A DNA stretch of 56,088 nucleotides from Craspedostauros australis (lineage: Eukaryota), in the NCBI GenBank assembly GCA_030167865.1, contig JALAGF010005449.1, positions 1 through 56,088 of the forward strand, given 5' to 3'. Under the pieces are notes generated by a model. The model was not told where the DNA came from. It was given only the letters and a program-made list of their open reading frames with translations, and did not search any database. Both the position numbers and the translations under genes were made by a program. Shown in pieces: positions 23,505 to 33,874 of this stretch. Every line of letters starts with the position of its first letter. Position 1 is the first letter of the stretch.

Positions 23505-26500
23505 ATGAGCGACCAAAACGGAAACAGCCACAATTACGACTATAACCAAAACAACGGCCAATCAGGTTCGGGCTGGCAGCAGCAAGAGCCACCACGCGAT
23601 CGCAACGGCTATCATGACAACCCCAATCACGTCTCCCAATCCAACGGGGGCTACCAGGGAGACATGCATGGCAACCAGCACAATCAGTACCATCAACAGC
23701 ATCACCACCAACAGCAACAACAGCAACAGCAACAACAGCATCACCAACAACATCACCAGCAGCAGCACTACAGCCAACAGGGCGACTACGGTGCCCAGAA
23801 CAACCACGCTGGAGATCCAGACTATGGCTACAATCAAGGGTACCCACAGCAGCATCAGCACCAGCACCAGCATCAGCAGCAAGGTCACGAGTCAAACCCT
23901 TCGCACCCAGCCGCCATCCACCTCGGCGCACGGCCGAATGCTCCACCCAACCCCATGCCAGTGGCCGAATCACCAAGCACGTGGCGGAAAACCATCCACG
24001 CCCAACAACATCGTGGTGCCAATCAAGAACCCAACGACCTCGCCACGGCTCCCGCACAGCTCGCTTTGTCTCGATCAGCCAGCGCGGCGAGCGGCGGCAG
24101 CAACGGCAGTGGGCCTGGCGGTGGTCCCGGCCGCGGCGCAGGACGCACCTTCGGAATCAACTCTCGGACCAGCATCACTGGCCGCGGCGAGGGATTGCGT
24201 CGCGGGGAACCCTCCCTGCGTGATATATTGAACGACGTCAGCTTCTCCAGGTCGGGCTTCGGAGCACCGCGCATGATGAGCGAAACGGCCACGATCAATG
24301 AAAACACCCAGGCCAGGCCGACGGCCCTCAATAATACCATGCGGACCATCAGCGGATCGGCTGGAGGGGTGAGCAGCGGCGGGGCCAGCCTCAGGGGCTT
24401 TGGTCAGAGCGACAACAAGTCGGTGGCTTCTGGCGCGACATCCAAGGTGGCCGCATTCCAGCAGCGCGCGTTGGTCTCGCAGAACGGCGACAACAAACGG
24501 GAGGCGAATCTCATAGAACTGGCGCAGGCATTCGAGCTCGGTGTCAAGACCAGCAAGAACACGATCGGGGGTGTCCAGCTGGAGACCTTCATCGGTTCTG
24601 ACGCCGTCGATTGGTTGCTCAATGCGGAATTCGCATCGTCCAGAAACGACGCCGAAAAGCTGGGTCAGCAGCTGCTCAAGGAGATCAATCTGTTCGAACA
24701 CGTTCCCAGGGGCATGAACTTCTTCGATGATTATCGTTTCTACCGTTTCACTGACTTCAAGGCCAGAACCTACCCCGAGGGACACGAAAACCTCACGAAG
24801 CGCATGTTCACGCCCGGCGAGAGCGCCATGGAACGCTCCAGCGAAGATATTGAGAACATCGGAGGTCTCTTCCGATCCAGCATCAAAACGCGGACGCACT
24901 TCTACCGTAACGCAGCCTACCACAAATGCTTCATCGGTTCCGAGGCCGTGGATTGGATCATCTACTCCTCCCTCGCCCAGTCTCGTCGTGAGGCCGTCCA
25001 GCTCGGTCAGCGTCTCGAGAAGGAACTCAGCTTGTTCCGCCACGTCAAGGCAACCAGCGAGAAGGAGCAAGGCTTCAAGGATGATCGGATCTTCTACCGC
25101 TTTGCCGACGACGCCATCGACGAGGAGTCCATGGAGGCTGCTGACAGCGTGGCAGAACCGACAGATCTCTCACGGCAGACCATAGTCGATGCAACCCAAC
25201 AGATGCGACGAATGTCCATGCGGACCGGCGGGATGGACAGCGCATTCGAACCGGAACCAGCACCAGTGGAGATGACGACGCAGCCGCAGAGCGAATTCAA
25301 CGAGTTCGTCATCAGCCGCGAAGAACGCATGGCGTACCTCGGGTTCCGGCTGAGGCATTGGGCGTCCTCCTTCCGCCGGTTGGACCCCAGGCAGCAGATT
25401 CTAGACTTCTTCTCGTTGGTCAAGCAGATACGCGACGAGCATGGCGTGGAGAAGGACAAGACAAAGAGCCTCGTGCTGCGGCTTCACGATCGGGGCATTC
25501 CGTTGAATCCGCGGTTGTTCTTCACCACCAAAGCATCCATCTTCACCGTCTGGAGACCGACCAGTTTGGATGCGATCCGCAAAATGATGATGGGCCAGGC
25601 CGTCGGGAAAGGGCTGGACATCAAGGGAAAATCAGCAAAGCGTGGCAAGCTCTCCGCCTTCGTCCCGTTCCTGCAGATATCAGAAAATCACCACAAGGAG
25701 AAGATCCGCCCGCTGAGCACGGTCGGGTTCTTGCGACTCTTCTTTTCCACCGCGATCGCTCGTGACTCTGTGGCTGTCGTGCTGGAAAGCGTGGGAGAAG
25801 AGATGGTCGATGCAGTCGGAGAGGCCAAGGAGGTCCTGCAGCGACTTGTCGACGACCCCAGCTTCGGCCAGGAGTCCGGGGTGGAGGATAACTGGGAGGA
25901 AGTGCAGAAGGCCTTGGGATGCGAGATGGATGACCCCACCATCATCTTCCTCGACGAGTACGCTCCTCACTGTTACGGGCTGGAGATACCCGTGCGGTTG
26001 TTCTGGGAGGCATTCATCGTGCGTCAGGACATTCACAGACCCAAGGGCTCGCAGTACGACACAGGACGTCCATCGATCCCTGCCTTCCAGGATAAGAACT
26101 TCGAGCCGCTCCTGGCCACACCTACCGAAGGCGCACCCCGCGCCGTCCTGTGGCAAAACGCAAACCCCGAGGCCGACACGTCCATGAATCCATTCGAGCT
26201 CCTGATGGCCTACGAAGAGCACAACCGAGTGTACCCCGTGGTGTCCGACTTCGACGCCTTCCTGATTGGAACCCAACGCGTGTCGTTCCACCGACCCCTC
26301 CCCGATGATCAGATCGACGTCCTCAAGTGGTGCGTGAATCGGATCGAAGATATCCTGAAAACTCCCGGCCCGGAGAGTTGGACGAGCCGTTGGCTGGAGG
26401 TGCTGGAGAACCCGTGGGAAGGTGAGGATATCCACCCCGTCATGCCTCGCTTCGGATTTGGCGATCCCGTGTCGTACTCCGTCATGGAGAAGGCGGCCAA

Positions 26501-28142
26501 TACACTGTGCAGTGGTAACACCCGTAACGGCGCGGTGCGGCACGGCGCAGAATGCTTCAACTACTACTTCCCCCAAGATCTGGATGACGAATTCTTGGTC
26601 ATTTCGGAACACATTCCTGGGCAGAAGCACTGGGACTACATGGATGCGAAGGGAGTGCGGAACTTCCTGTCAGCCCGCATCAAGGACGGCTTCGCCTTCC
26701 CGATGAATCCCAAATGGGTCCTGGCAGATGGTTGGGGCCAGCTCTACGACGAGCTGATGGCGTCCGACCGAGCGGAGGTTCAGGAGGCATTGGCCACCTG
26801 GTTCCCACCGCACGCTGGAATCCGGCAGCGAATCGAAGATATCCGGCGAAAATTCCCTCGCGGCTTCATACGTCAGCAAAGAGCGAAATCGTTGGCGGAT
26901 GTCGATCCATCGATTCTGGCCGACATTGCAGCGTGCGATGCATCCAACGCCTTACCCGGAACAAGCTCAGAGACGGGAGTCAGGGCGCTCCTGTCGACGC
27001 TCAAACCGGGCAATGGCGAGGAGGTGATATCCAATGCCACTGCCGCGCTGGCGTCTCTGCTTCAAAATGGTCCAATTGCCAACGACAGAGCAGAAGAACT
27101 CGGAAAGGCGATGGTCAGCTTCCTGTTCTGCCTCGAAGAGTTCCTGGTCAATCGGAAGATCCAATTCAGCATCCTCTGCATCCTCGAAGCGCTTGTGAAG
27201 GTGGACTTGGGTGGCGTGATAGGCGACGGGGCTGGCTTCCGCGCCGTGTCCATACTGAAAGCAATTTGCGACGCGTTGGGAATTCATGGCGAAGACGAAG
27301 ACCTTGTGGAGTACTCTTGTCGCTTGCTGACCAGGCTCGCGTTGAACGTCCAGGACAGCGCCATCGATGCGATGAAGTCCCTTCTGGGACCAGCTCTCAA
27401 GCATGTGCTGGAACGGCACATCGCGCACCCCACAGTGCAACGAGTCGGCCTGGAGACTTTCAGTCTGCTTTGCACCCGCAACGCCCACTTCAAGGTGATG
27501 CTGATCGACTACAATGGCGTGGAGATGGTCGTCCGATCGATGGAGCTTCACGTGAATGACTGGGAGATCCAGAGGTACGGTTGCGCCGTGCTGAGCGGTT
27601 TGAGCATGCTGCCGGATGGAAAACGCATCATTGGCAACCGCGGTGGCATCGAGGCCATCGTCAGCGCCATGCAGGGGCATCCGGAATCAACGGGACTTCA
27701 AAACGAGGCTCTGACGGCGCTGAAGAACCTCGCGACGGTGGCGGCCAACAAGCCTGTGATCGTGGCCTCGGGAGCGGAAGATGCCGTCCTGTACGCCATC
27801 TGGATCAACTTGGGAGACGCCATGGTGGTCACCAACGCCCTGAAGGCGATGAACAACATCGCGTGCGATCCGCAAACCAGATCTGTCGCAAAGATGAGGA
27901 CGCTGACGTTCCACATCGTCCTAGTGGCGATGCAACGGTACCAGGTGAACGGCAACGTGCAAAAGATCTCGGTCTTCTTGCTGAAGTCGTACAGCTTCCT
28001 TCCCGAGAATCTCAAAACCATGGTCTCATCATTGGACAGCCTGATCCCGTTGCTGTATTCAGCCGCTGAGAATTATCCCGAAACCTGCAGCAACGTGGCC
28101 CAAAGCATCATGCTCAAGATGGAGAAGATGTCGTTGTTCTAA
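23505..28142 (+). CDS. 1545-aa multidomain protein: Q/H-rich N-terminus, 2x DEP, edema-factor/ExoY-like (class II) nucleotidyl cyclase-like domain, ARM repeats
   Basis: Long intronless ORF. DEP motifs FIGSDAVDWL..SRNDAEKLGQQL..FFDDYRFYRF and FIGSEAVDWI..SRREAVQLGQRL..FKDDRIFYRF. Cyclase motifs WRP, KGLDIKGKS, VSDFD and VRHGAECFN. ARM-like GGIEAIVSAMQGH..LQNEALTALKNLA. Confidence 0.9.
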   Translation: MSDQNGNSHNYDYNQNNGQSGSGWQQQEPPRDRNGYHDNPNHVSQSNGGYQGDMHGNQHNQYHQQHHHQQQQQQQQQQHHQQHHQQQHYSQQGDYGAQNNHAGDPDYGYNQGYPQQHQHQHQHQQQGHESNPSHPAAIHLGARPNAPPNPMPVAESPSTWRKTIHAQQHRGANQEPNDLATAPAQLALSRSASAASGGSNGSGPGGGPGRGAGRTFGINSRTSITGRGEGLRRGEPSLRDILNDVSFSRSGFGAPRMMSETATINENTQARPTALNNTMRTISGSAGGVSSGGASLRGFGQSDNKSVASGATSKVAAFQQRALVSQNGDNKREANLIELAQAFELGVKTSKNTIGGVQLETFIGSDAVDWLLNAEFASSRNDAEKLGQQLLKEINLFEHVPRGMNFFDDYRFYRFTDFKARTYPEGHENLTKRMFTPGESAMERSSEDIENIGGLFRSSIKTRTHFYRNAAYHKCFIGSEAVDWIIYSSLAQSRREAVQLGQRLEKELSLFRHVKATSEKEQGFKDDRIFYRFADDAIDEESMEAADSVAEPTDLSRQTIVDATQQMRRMSMRTGGMDSAFEPEPAPVEMTTQPQSEFNEFVISREERMAYLGFRLRHWASSFRRLDPRQQILDFFSLVKQIRDEHGVEKDKTKSLVLRLHDRGIPLNPRLFFTTKASIFTVWRPTSLDAIRKMMMGQAVGKGLDIKGKSAKRGKLSAFVPFLQISENHHKEKIRPLSTVGFLRLFFSTAIARDSVAVVLESVGEEMVDAVGEAKEVLQRLVDDPSFGQESGVEDNWEEVQKALGCEMDDPTIIFLDEYAPHCYGLEIPVRLFWEAFIVRQDIHRPKGSQYDTGRPSIPAFQDKNFEPLLATPTEGAPRAVLWQNANPEADTSMNPFELLMAYEEHNRVYPVVSDFDAFLIGTQRVSFHRPLPDDQIDVLKWCVNRIEDILKTPGPESWTSRWLEVLENPWEGEDIHPVMPRFGFGDPVSYSVMEKAANTLCSGNTRNGAVRHGAECFNYYFPQDLDDEFLVISEHIPGQKHWDYMDAKGVRNFLSARIKDGFAFPMNPKWVLADGWGQLYDELMASDRAEVQEALATWFPPHAGIRQRIEDIRRKFPRGFIRQQRAKSLADVDPSILADIAACDASNALPGTSSETGVRALLSTLKPGNGEEVISNATAALASLLQNGPIANDRAEELGKAMVSFLFCLEEFLVNRKIQFSILCILEALVKVDLGGVIGDGAGFRAVSILKAICDALGIHGEDEDLVEYSCRLLTRLALNVQDSAIDAMKSLLGPALKHVLERHIAHPTVQRVGLETFSLLCTRNAHFKVMLIDYNGVEMVVRSMELHVNDWEIQRYGCAVLSGLSMLPDGKRIIGNRGGIEAIVSAMQGHPESTGLQNEALTALKNLATVAANKPVIVASGAEDAVLYAIWINLGDAMVVTNALKAMNNIACDPQTRSVAKMRTLTFHIVLVAMQRYQVNGNVQKISVFLLKSYSFLPENLKTMVSSLDSLIPLLYSAAENYPETCSNVAQSIMLKMEKMSLF

Positions 28143-28416
28143 TCACCAACACTTCGAGAGGAGGAGGAGGAGAAGCATAATGATGACGTCAGTAGCAAGG
28201 GGAAACGCAGAACACAGCAGCAGCAAACGGCACGGTGGCATGATAATGCGGCGATTTTACAATTCTATTAGGGTCTTCTATTCGTACGAATACGAGTAGT
28301 CATAACGCAAATGAAAAGCGGTTCCCATCAGAAGATTGAAGCAATCCATGCTCCCAATTGGCAGCACAAGTGTTCGAGTGACTCACAGGCTATGCAGATG
28401 CGAGATTCTATTGTCA

Positions 28417-30177
28417 TCATGATGATCCACTCATCTTGGGACTCCGCTTTTCTCCTTTCGCTTTGCGCCGGCTCCCAAATCGTTTCGTGTCGCTGACGTG
28501 CGCAATGCGGCTCCCGAACTGTATTGCGCGCTTGACCAATCCGCTGGCATGCTGCAACCCCAATCGCTGCGCGACGATGCGCAACAGCCGCTTATCCCCC
28601 ACCCCCGGCGGCAAGGTGAAATCGCAGATGATGGGAGTGCACGGCTGCTGTCGCAAGAAATGGACCACGTTGCTATCCAGGTACGGAAACCGCGCCTCCT
28701 TACCATGATCCGCCGCGATGCGATCGTCGCGTCCCAAATTGCGCTGCCATAGCCGATCCTGATCCATCTGCAGCTCGGCCTGCAGCTCGCCGCGCTCGTG
28801 GGCCTTGCGATGTCGGCCGTACCCGCCGAGCTGCTCATCGGCGCCCATGCCCAGCAGCAAAACGCGCGAGGGCGTGGCGTCGCCGCGGCATGCGAACCAC
28901 AGCGCCGTGGCGATATTGAGGTCCATCGTTGTCTGCTTGGGGTACAAGAGGGTGCGGATGTGCTGCTCCTGCTGCAGGGTTTCTTCCCACGAGACGATGA
29001 GATCCTGATACACAATAGATTTGTTGGGAAAGAGAGCTCGGAGCTCTGCGTGCGAAGTGAGTGCGGCCTTGCGATCGGCACTTTTGGCAAAGTCGTCACC
29101 GAAGGATACGTTCGAAAGAATAACAGGCTTTGCGTCGGGCGTCATTTCGATTGCGAGACGCGCCAGCACGACGGAGTCTATGCCACCGGAAAACAGCACG
29201 GTCGTCGGTCGATCTTTGCAATGATCCAGGCGCTCCCAAACGGCCTGTCGCAACAGCCGTTCGAAAGTGAGGGAGGCCTGCCAGAGTTCGTCGGAGATGT
29301 CGGCTGATGGTGGCGAGGACGTGGCATCAGTGAGATATGTTGGTATTCTTGGATACGCGTCTGTCTTGGCTTGCTGTTCTTGTGCATGGGAAAGTATAGG
29401 TGGAGGAATCAGGGTGGGTATTGGTATCGTCGTCCACTCCCTCGTTTGCAAATCATATTCGAAGACTTGTCCGGGTGGCACCTCCGTCCAAACGGCTGTC
29501 GATTCATCTGCCGGCAAGGACGGGGCCACGGAAGCGATGTGGACGCAACCGGATTGCGCACAATCCTGCCGAATCAAGGAGCGCTTTCCGAATGCGTCCC
29601 TGCCAAAGTAGATGGCACGGTTGGTGATGACGGCAAAGGAATATTCTGCATTGACCAACGTGCTCATGGCCTGCGCAATGTGGTGTCCAGAGATTGCGCC
29701 TTGTTGTTGCAAGAGATCGGCGACCAATTGTGTGTCGGATTGACGAAAGTCGTAGGCATCTTGCATGACTGCATCGCTGTTTGTCGGTAGGTGCTGATAC
29801 ACTTCCCCGTTCCATGCCAGGTAGGCTGCCTCGTCACTGTTGCTGTCGCCGCCGATCTTGATGGGTTGGACGGTCAGTGATGATCTCATGCTGAGCACGG
29901 AGGCACCGAGCACTACGGTGTGCGTTGATTCGCCGTCATCATCATCATCGTTACCTCTGCATGCTGACGAAAGGACCACTTGCTGGAAGGAATCCGGACC
30001 TCTACGGCGAATGTTGTCATTGGCACTCCCATCTATACGTTCTCCATCACCAGCACCGTCGCCATCGCGTTGGGCACTGCTGGAATCAGCATCTTCACCT
30101 GAACTAATAGACTGATGACAGCGCTCACGACGTGGTGCCTTGCCATTGATGAAGACGCGAAGATCGATGCCACACAT
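28417..30177 (-). CDS. ASNSD1: Asparagine synthetase domain-containing protein (ASNSD1-like)
   Basis: N-terminal MCGI, RRGPD, WNGEVY, GRDAFGKRSL, LFSGGIDS, GMGADEQLGGYGRH, RNLGRDDR and KRAIQFGSR. Confidence 0.92.
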   Translation of the reverse strand: MCGIDLRVFINGKAPRRERCHQSISSGEDADSSSAQRDGDGAGDGERIDGSANDNIRRRGPDSFQQVVLSSACRGNDDDDDGESTHTVVLGASVLSMRSSLTVQPIKIGGDSNSDEAAYLAWNGEVYQHLPTNSDAVMQDAYDFRQSDTQLVADLLQQQGAISGHHIAQAMSTLVNAEYSFAVITNRAIYFGRDAFGKRSLIRQDCAQSGCVHIASVAPSLPADESTAVWTEVPPGQVFEYDLQTREWTTIPIPTLIPPPILSHAQEQQAKTDAYPRIPTYLTDATSSPPSADISDELWQASLTFERLLRQAVWERLDHCKDRPTTVLFSGGIDSVVLARLAIEMTPDAKPVILSNVSFGDDFAKSADRKAALTSHAELRALFPNKSIVYQDLIVSWEETLQQEQHIRTLLYPKQTTMDLNIATALWFACRGDATPSRVLLLGMGADEQLGGYGRHRKAHERGELQAELQMDQDRLWQRNLGRDDRIAADHGKEARFPYLDSNVVHFLRQQPCTPIICDFTLPPGVGDKRLLRIVAQRLGLQHASGLVKRAIQFGSRIAHVSDTKRFGSRRKAKGEKRSPKMSGSS

Positions 30178-30667
30178 GGATGGATGGATGGATGGATGGA
30201 TGGATGGACTGCGGAGATGGAAGGGAGTTGGTCGGGATCAATTCAAATCCAAGTGAAGCCCAACGAGTTGAAAGGTTGTTCAATGTGTCTCGATGGAATG
30301 CATCATTCATTAAATGGAGCGTTGCGGTTGCCGACGTGGTGATTGGTTGTTCGTTGGTCGGCGAGTTGCATCCAAGATTCTCGATGTTCGAATCTCATAA
30401 TCGACTCATTCGACCACACCAAAATCGACACACAAACGCACTTCAACTTCCACAAAATCAGAACACAACCAACAACGTACCTTCACCCACCACAACACAT
30501 TGCGACGCAACAGAAGAGTGGCAAAGCACAAACACAACAACAAGAACAACACCACCACGTTCCTCACCTAACAACATCACAGTATCCCTTGCTTCATCTA
30601 TCGACAATCGATAGATCCATCCATTCATCTCGCCTTCCATTATAATAAACACTCCAAATCATCGACA

Positions 30668-33573
30668 ATGCGCTTCGAACTTTCCGCCATCTTTGGGCTG
30701 ATGCTCAATGCATCCGCATCCTCCTTCGGCACGCCTGCGACCACCCAGTTGGTCAAAACCTCATCGCAGGCACCTGCATTCATGCCGCGCGGTGGAGCTT
30801 TGCATGCCACCGTTGACACGACCGCAGACAATCTTCAGATCCTGTCGGAGCGTGGCCGGGCGGCCATCGAGCGGTTGATGGAATTCGACACCGATGGCTC
30901 GCAGCAGCATGTCTACGGCAACTGGCCCGAGGCAGGCACGAACGATGCGGAGAAGCAGCAGCTTGCCGAGCAGGTACGTTGGGGTTGCGAGAGTCCAAGA
31001 AAGAGCAAGAGCAGAAGAACTACTCTATTGTGGAGTACAGCACATGGCTCTTTGTGGTGATCTTGTCAGCTCGTAATCTTTGGAAAGTCGAAAGTCGTCA
31101 TTCTGCTCGAGTTCAGTTGGGAGTGAATTGGAAGATACCACAACCTGCTGATGCTCCAGCACGCCATGCCATACCATACCATACTACCGACAAGTACCGC
31201 AGCGAAATCGACAGGATCTTTCAACTCAATCATGCTCATATCATCCATTCCATTCTCCAATCGCTTGTTCAACTCACTTCTTCTTTCGATTGTTACAACG
31301 CACAACAGCTGGCAGATTTGGACAGCTCGTACCCAGGAGGCCTCGCCGCCTACCTCTCCAAGGCAAAGACATTGCTGAAGGAAAGTGCCGACGGCGTCAA
31401 CCCATTCACAGAATTCGAGGCCATGGTCCCAGAGGGCGAATCTCTCAGCTTCGATGGAGAGGGCACCATGTCCTTCGCCGAGGCCGAACGCATCGGTCTG
31501 GAAGCCATGAGCGGCGCCGTCTTCGTCCTCGTCGCCGGCGGGTTGGGAGAGCGCTTGGGATATTCCGGCATCAAGCTCAGTCTCGAGACCAACCTCTGCA
31601 CCAACGAATGCTACCTCGAAGCCTACGCGCGATACATCCTGGCCATGCAAAAACTCGTACAGCAGCAGCTCGGAAAGGAAGACGTGCGCATCCCGCTCGT
31701 CATCATGACGTCGGGCGATACCGATCCCTTGACGCGTCAATTGTTGAAGGACAATGCCAACTTTGGCATGGACGAGGACATGGTCACCATCGTCACGCAA
31801 GATAAGGTCGCCGCCTTGAAGGACGGCAGCGCTGGTTTGGCATTGGATGACGACGACCGATGGTCCCTGCAGACCAAACCGCACGGCCATGGCGATGTGC
31901 ATCATCTGTTGCTCCGTGAAGGTCTCGTCGATCAGTGGGAATCAGAAGGTCGCAGCCACGTCGTCTTTTTGCAAGATACCAACGCTCTCGTCATCAACTC
32001 CATCATCCCCACTCTCGGCGTCAGCGTGTCGAAGGGATTCTGCATGAACAGCATTTGCATTCCACGATTGGCCGGTGAGGCCGCTGGTGCCATCTCGCGT
32101 TTGGAGTGAGTCAGCTGTGTGTTTGTCTGGCATTGTTGGTTTATGTTGCCTTGGCTTGTCTTCATTGTGATGGAATTATGAGTTTGCCTGCGCATTGCAA
32201 AGCCTTGCCGTGTCCAATGCAAATCTTTGTACCCGTTTTGGTCTGTGGGTGGGTGGGTGAGTGCGTGAAGAATTCATTCAGCCCCGCAACACCCAGTCAA
32301 CGCAATCTTTTCTCTCCACCCCACGATTTCATTCTGATGCTAACAACCATCTTCCCCAACTCAACGTGATCAAAATCCATGCTACTCGACACTCTCTTGC
32401 AACGTCGCAGACACAAATCGGACCCATCCAAGAGTCTCGTCATCAACGTCGAATACAACCAGCTCGATCCGCTCCTGCGTTCGCAAGGCGATTGCCTCGG
32501 CGATGTCGCTGACGAATCCACGGGATACTCCCCATTCCCGGGCAATGCCAACAACCTGGTCATCGAACTGTCTCCATACGCCAAGACCTTGCGCGGTGAA
32601 GATCAAGGCGTCGTGCTGGAATTCGTCAACCCCAAATACAAGGATGACACCCGTACCGAATTCAAAAAGCCAACCAGACTGGAATGCATGATGCAAGATA
32701 TCCCCAAGCTGTTCCAAAAGGAGATGGGTGCCGATGCTAACATTGGATTCACGATGTTCGATCGGTGGTTCACATTTTCTCCGGCCAAGGTACGTATGAG
32801 TACGAGTCTGGTGGCTTGTGGCGTGTGGTGTTTTGGTGCCGTGATAAATTGAGATTGTGGTGTGGTTGCGACTTGCAGCGTGAGGGAATGCCTGTTCATT
32901 GAATGTTGCCTTCAACGATTTGCTAATCATCTATGTTTCTATTCTGTCTGATCTCTTGTCATCTCGTCATTTGTCCTGCTATTGCTTCGTTGGGCCATTC
33001 CAAACGTTGCTAATTGCGTTGCAGAACTCGTTGGAAGCCGGTGTCGACGCTGCCGCCAAGGGCAGCACCGCCCCTGGCACCATGTCATCCGCCGAATCGG
33101 ACATGTACATTCAGAATCAGCGCAAACTGCAAGCCGCTGGCGTGACCCTGCCCGTGACATCATCGGATGATGATTTGGTGTTTGTTGCGGGAATTCCCGT
33201 GACACCAGGACCACGCGTGATCTTGGCTGCGTCGTTCGGAATTACGAAGGATGAGATCGTTGCCAAAATGGAAGGCGGAACCGTGACGGAGCGATCGTAC
33301 CTGGTGCTGGAAGGCAGCGGAGTGTCTGTGAAGAATCTGGAATTGGACGGTGCCCTGGTCATTCGTGCGAGCGAGGGTTGCAACGTCGCCGTGAATGGAT
33401 TGAAGGTGGAGAATAAGGGTTGGGAGTTCGTCGAGAATGAGGCGGAGAAGGAATACGAGGAGACGGTCGCCATTCGAGGGTACACTCTGGCAAAGCATGA
33501 GACCAAGGAGTACATCATCACAGAACCAGGCAACTACGAGATCAATGCTGACGGCGAATTGAAATCGCTATAA
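30668..33573 (+). CDS. USP: UDP-sugar pyrophosphorylase with bipartite plastid-type presequence; exons 30668-30973, 31309-32105, 32411-32789, 33025-33573
   Basis: [59 protein letters not shown] and [10 protein letters not shown]. Three GT-AG introns keep the frame. Signal peptide ends ASASS|F. Confidence 0.93.
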
Positions 33574-33874
33574 ATAATATTATGATAGAATAGCTGGAAC
33601 GACCAGAGCCTGCAAAAATCAATTCGACAACGCCAAGCAATACGCGCTGCGAGTGCACTTGCAAAGGTAGTGGCAAATGACATGCTGAAAGTAATTGTAT
33701 AGTCTGGAAAGAGTGGCGGCTTTGCCATTCTTGTTTCTAGTCTTTTTGAAGATGATCCTAGTCGTGGATGTTGTGGATGCTGTGGCTGCCGTAGTCGTTG
33801 AGCCTTGCACCGTACTCGTGCGAGTACTCGGCCCATGCCCACGACTTTCGTTGGAGGTATTGCTCATCGCACGC

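Noticed and set aside
25605..25634. Ordinary P-loop NTPase reading of GLDIKGKS
   Set aside because: It lacks the preceding hydrophobic strand and a Walker B motif; the flanking RP, DxD and HGxE motifs fit a class II cyclase better.
7653..33573. Glycan biosynthetic gene cluster (dehydratase, GT31, USP)
   Set aside because: The genes are more than 10 kb apart, interspersed with unrelated genes and predicted in different compartments.
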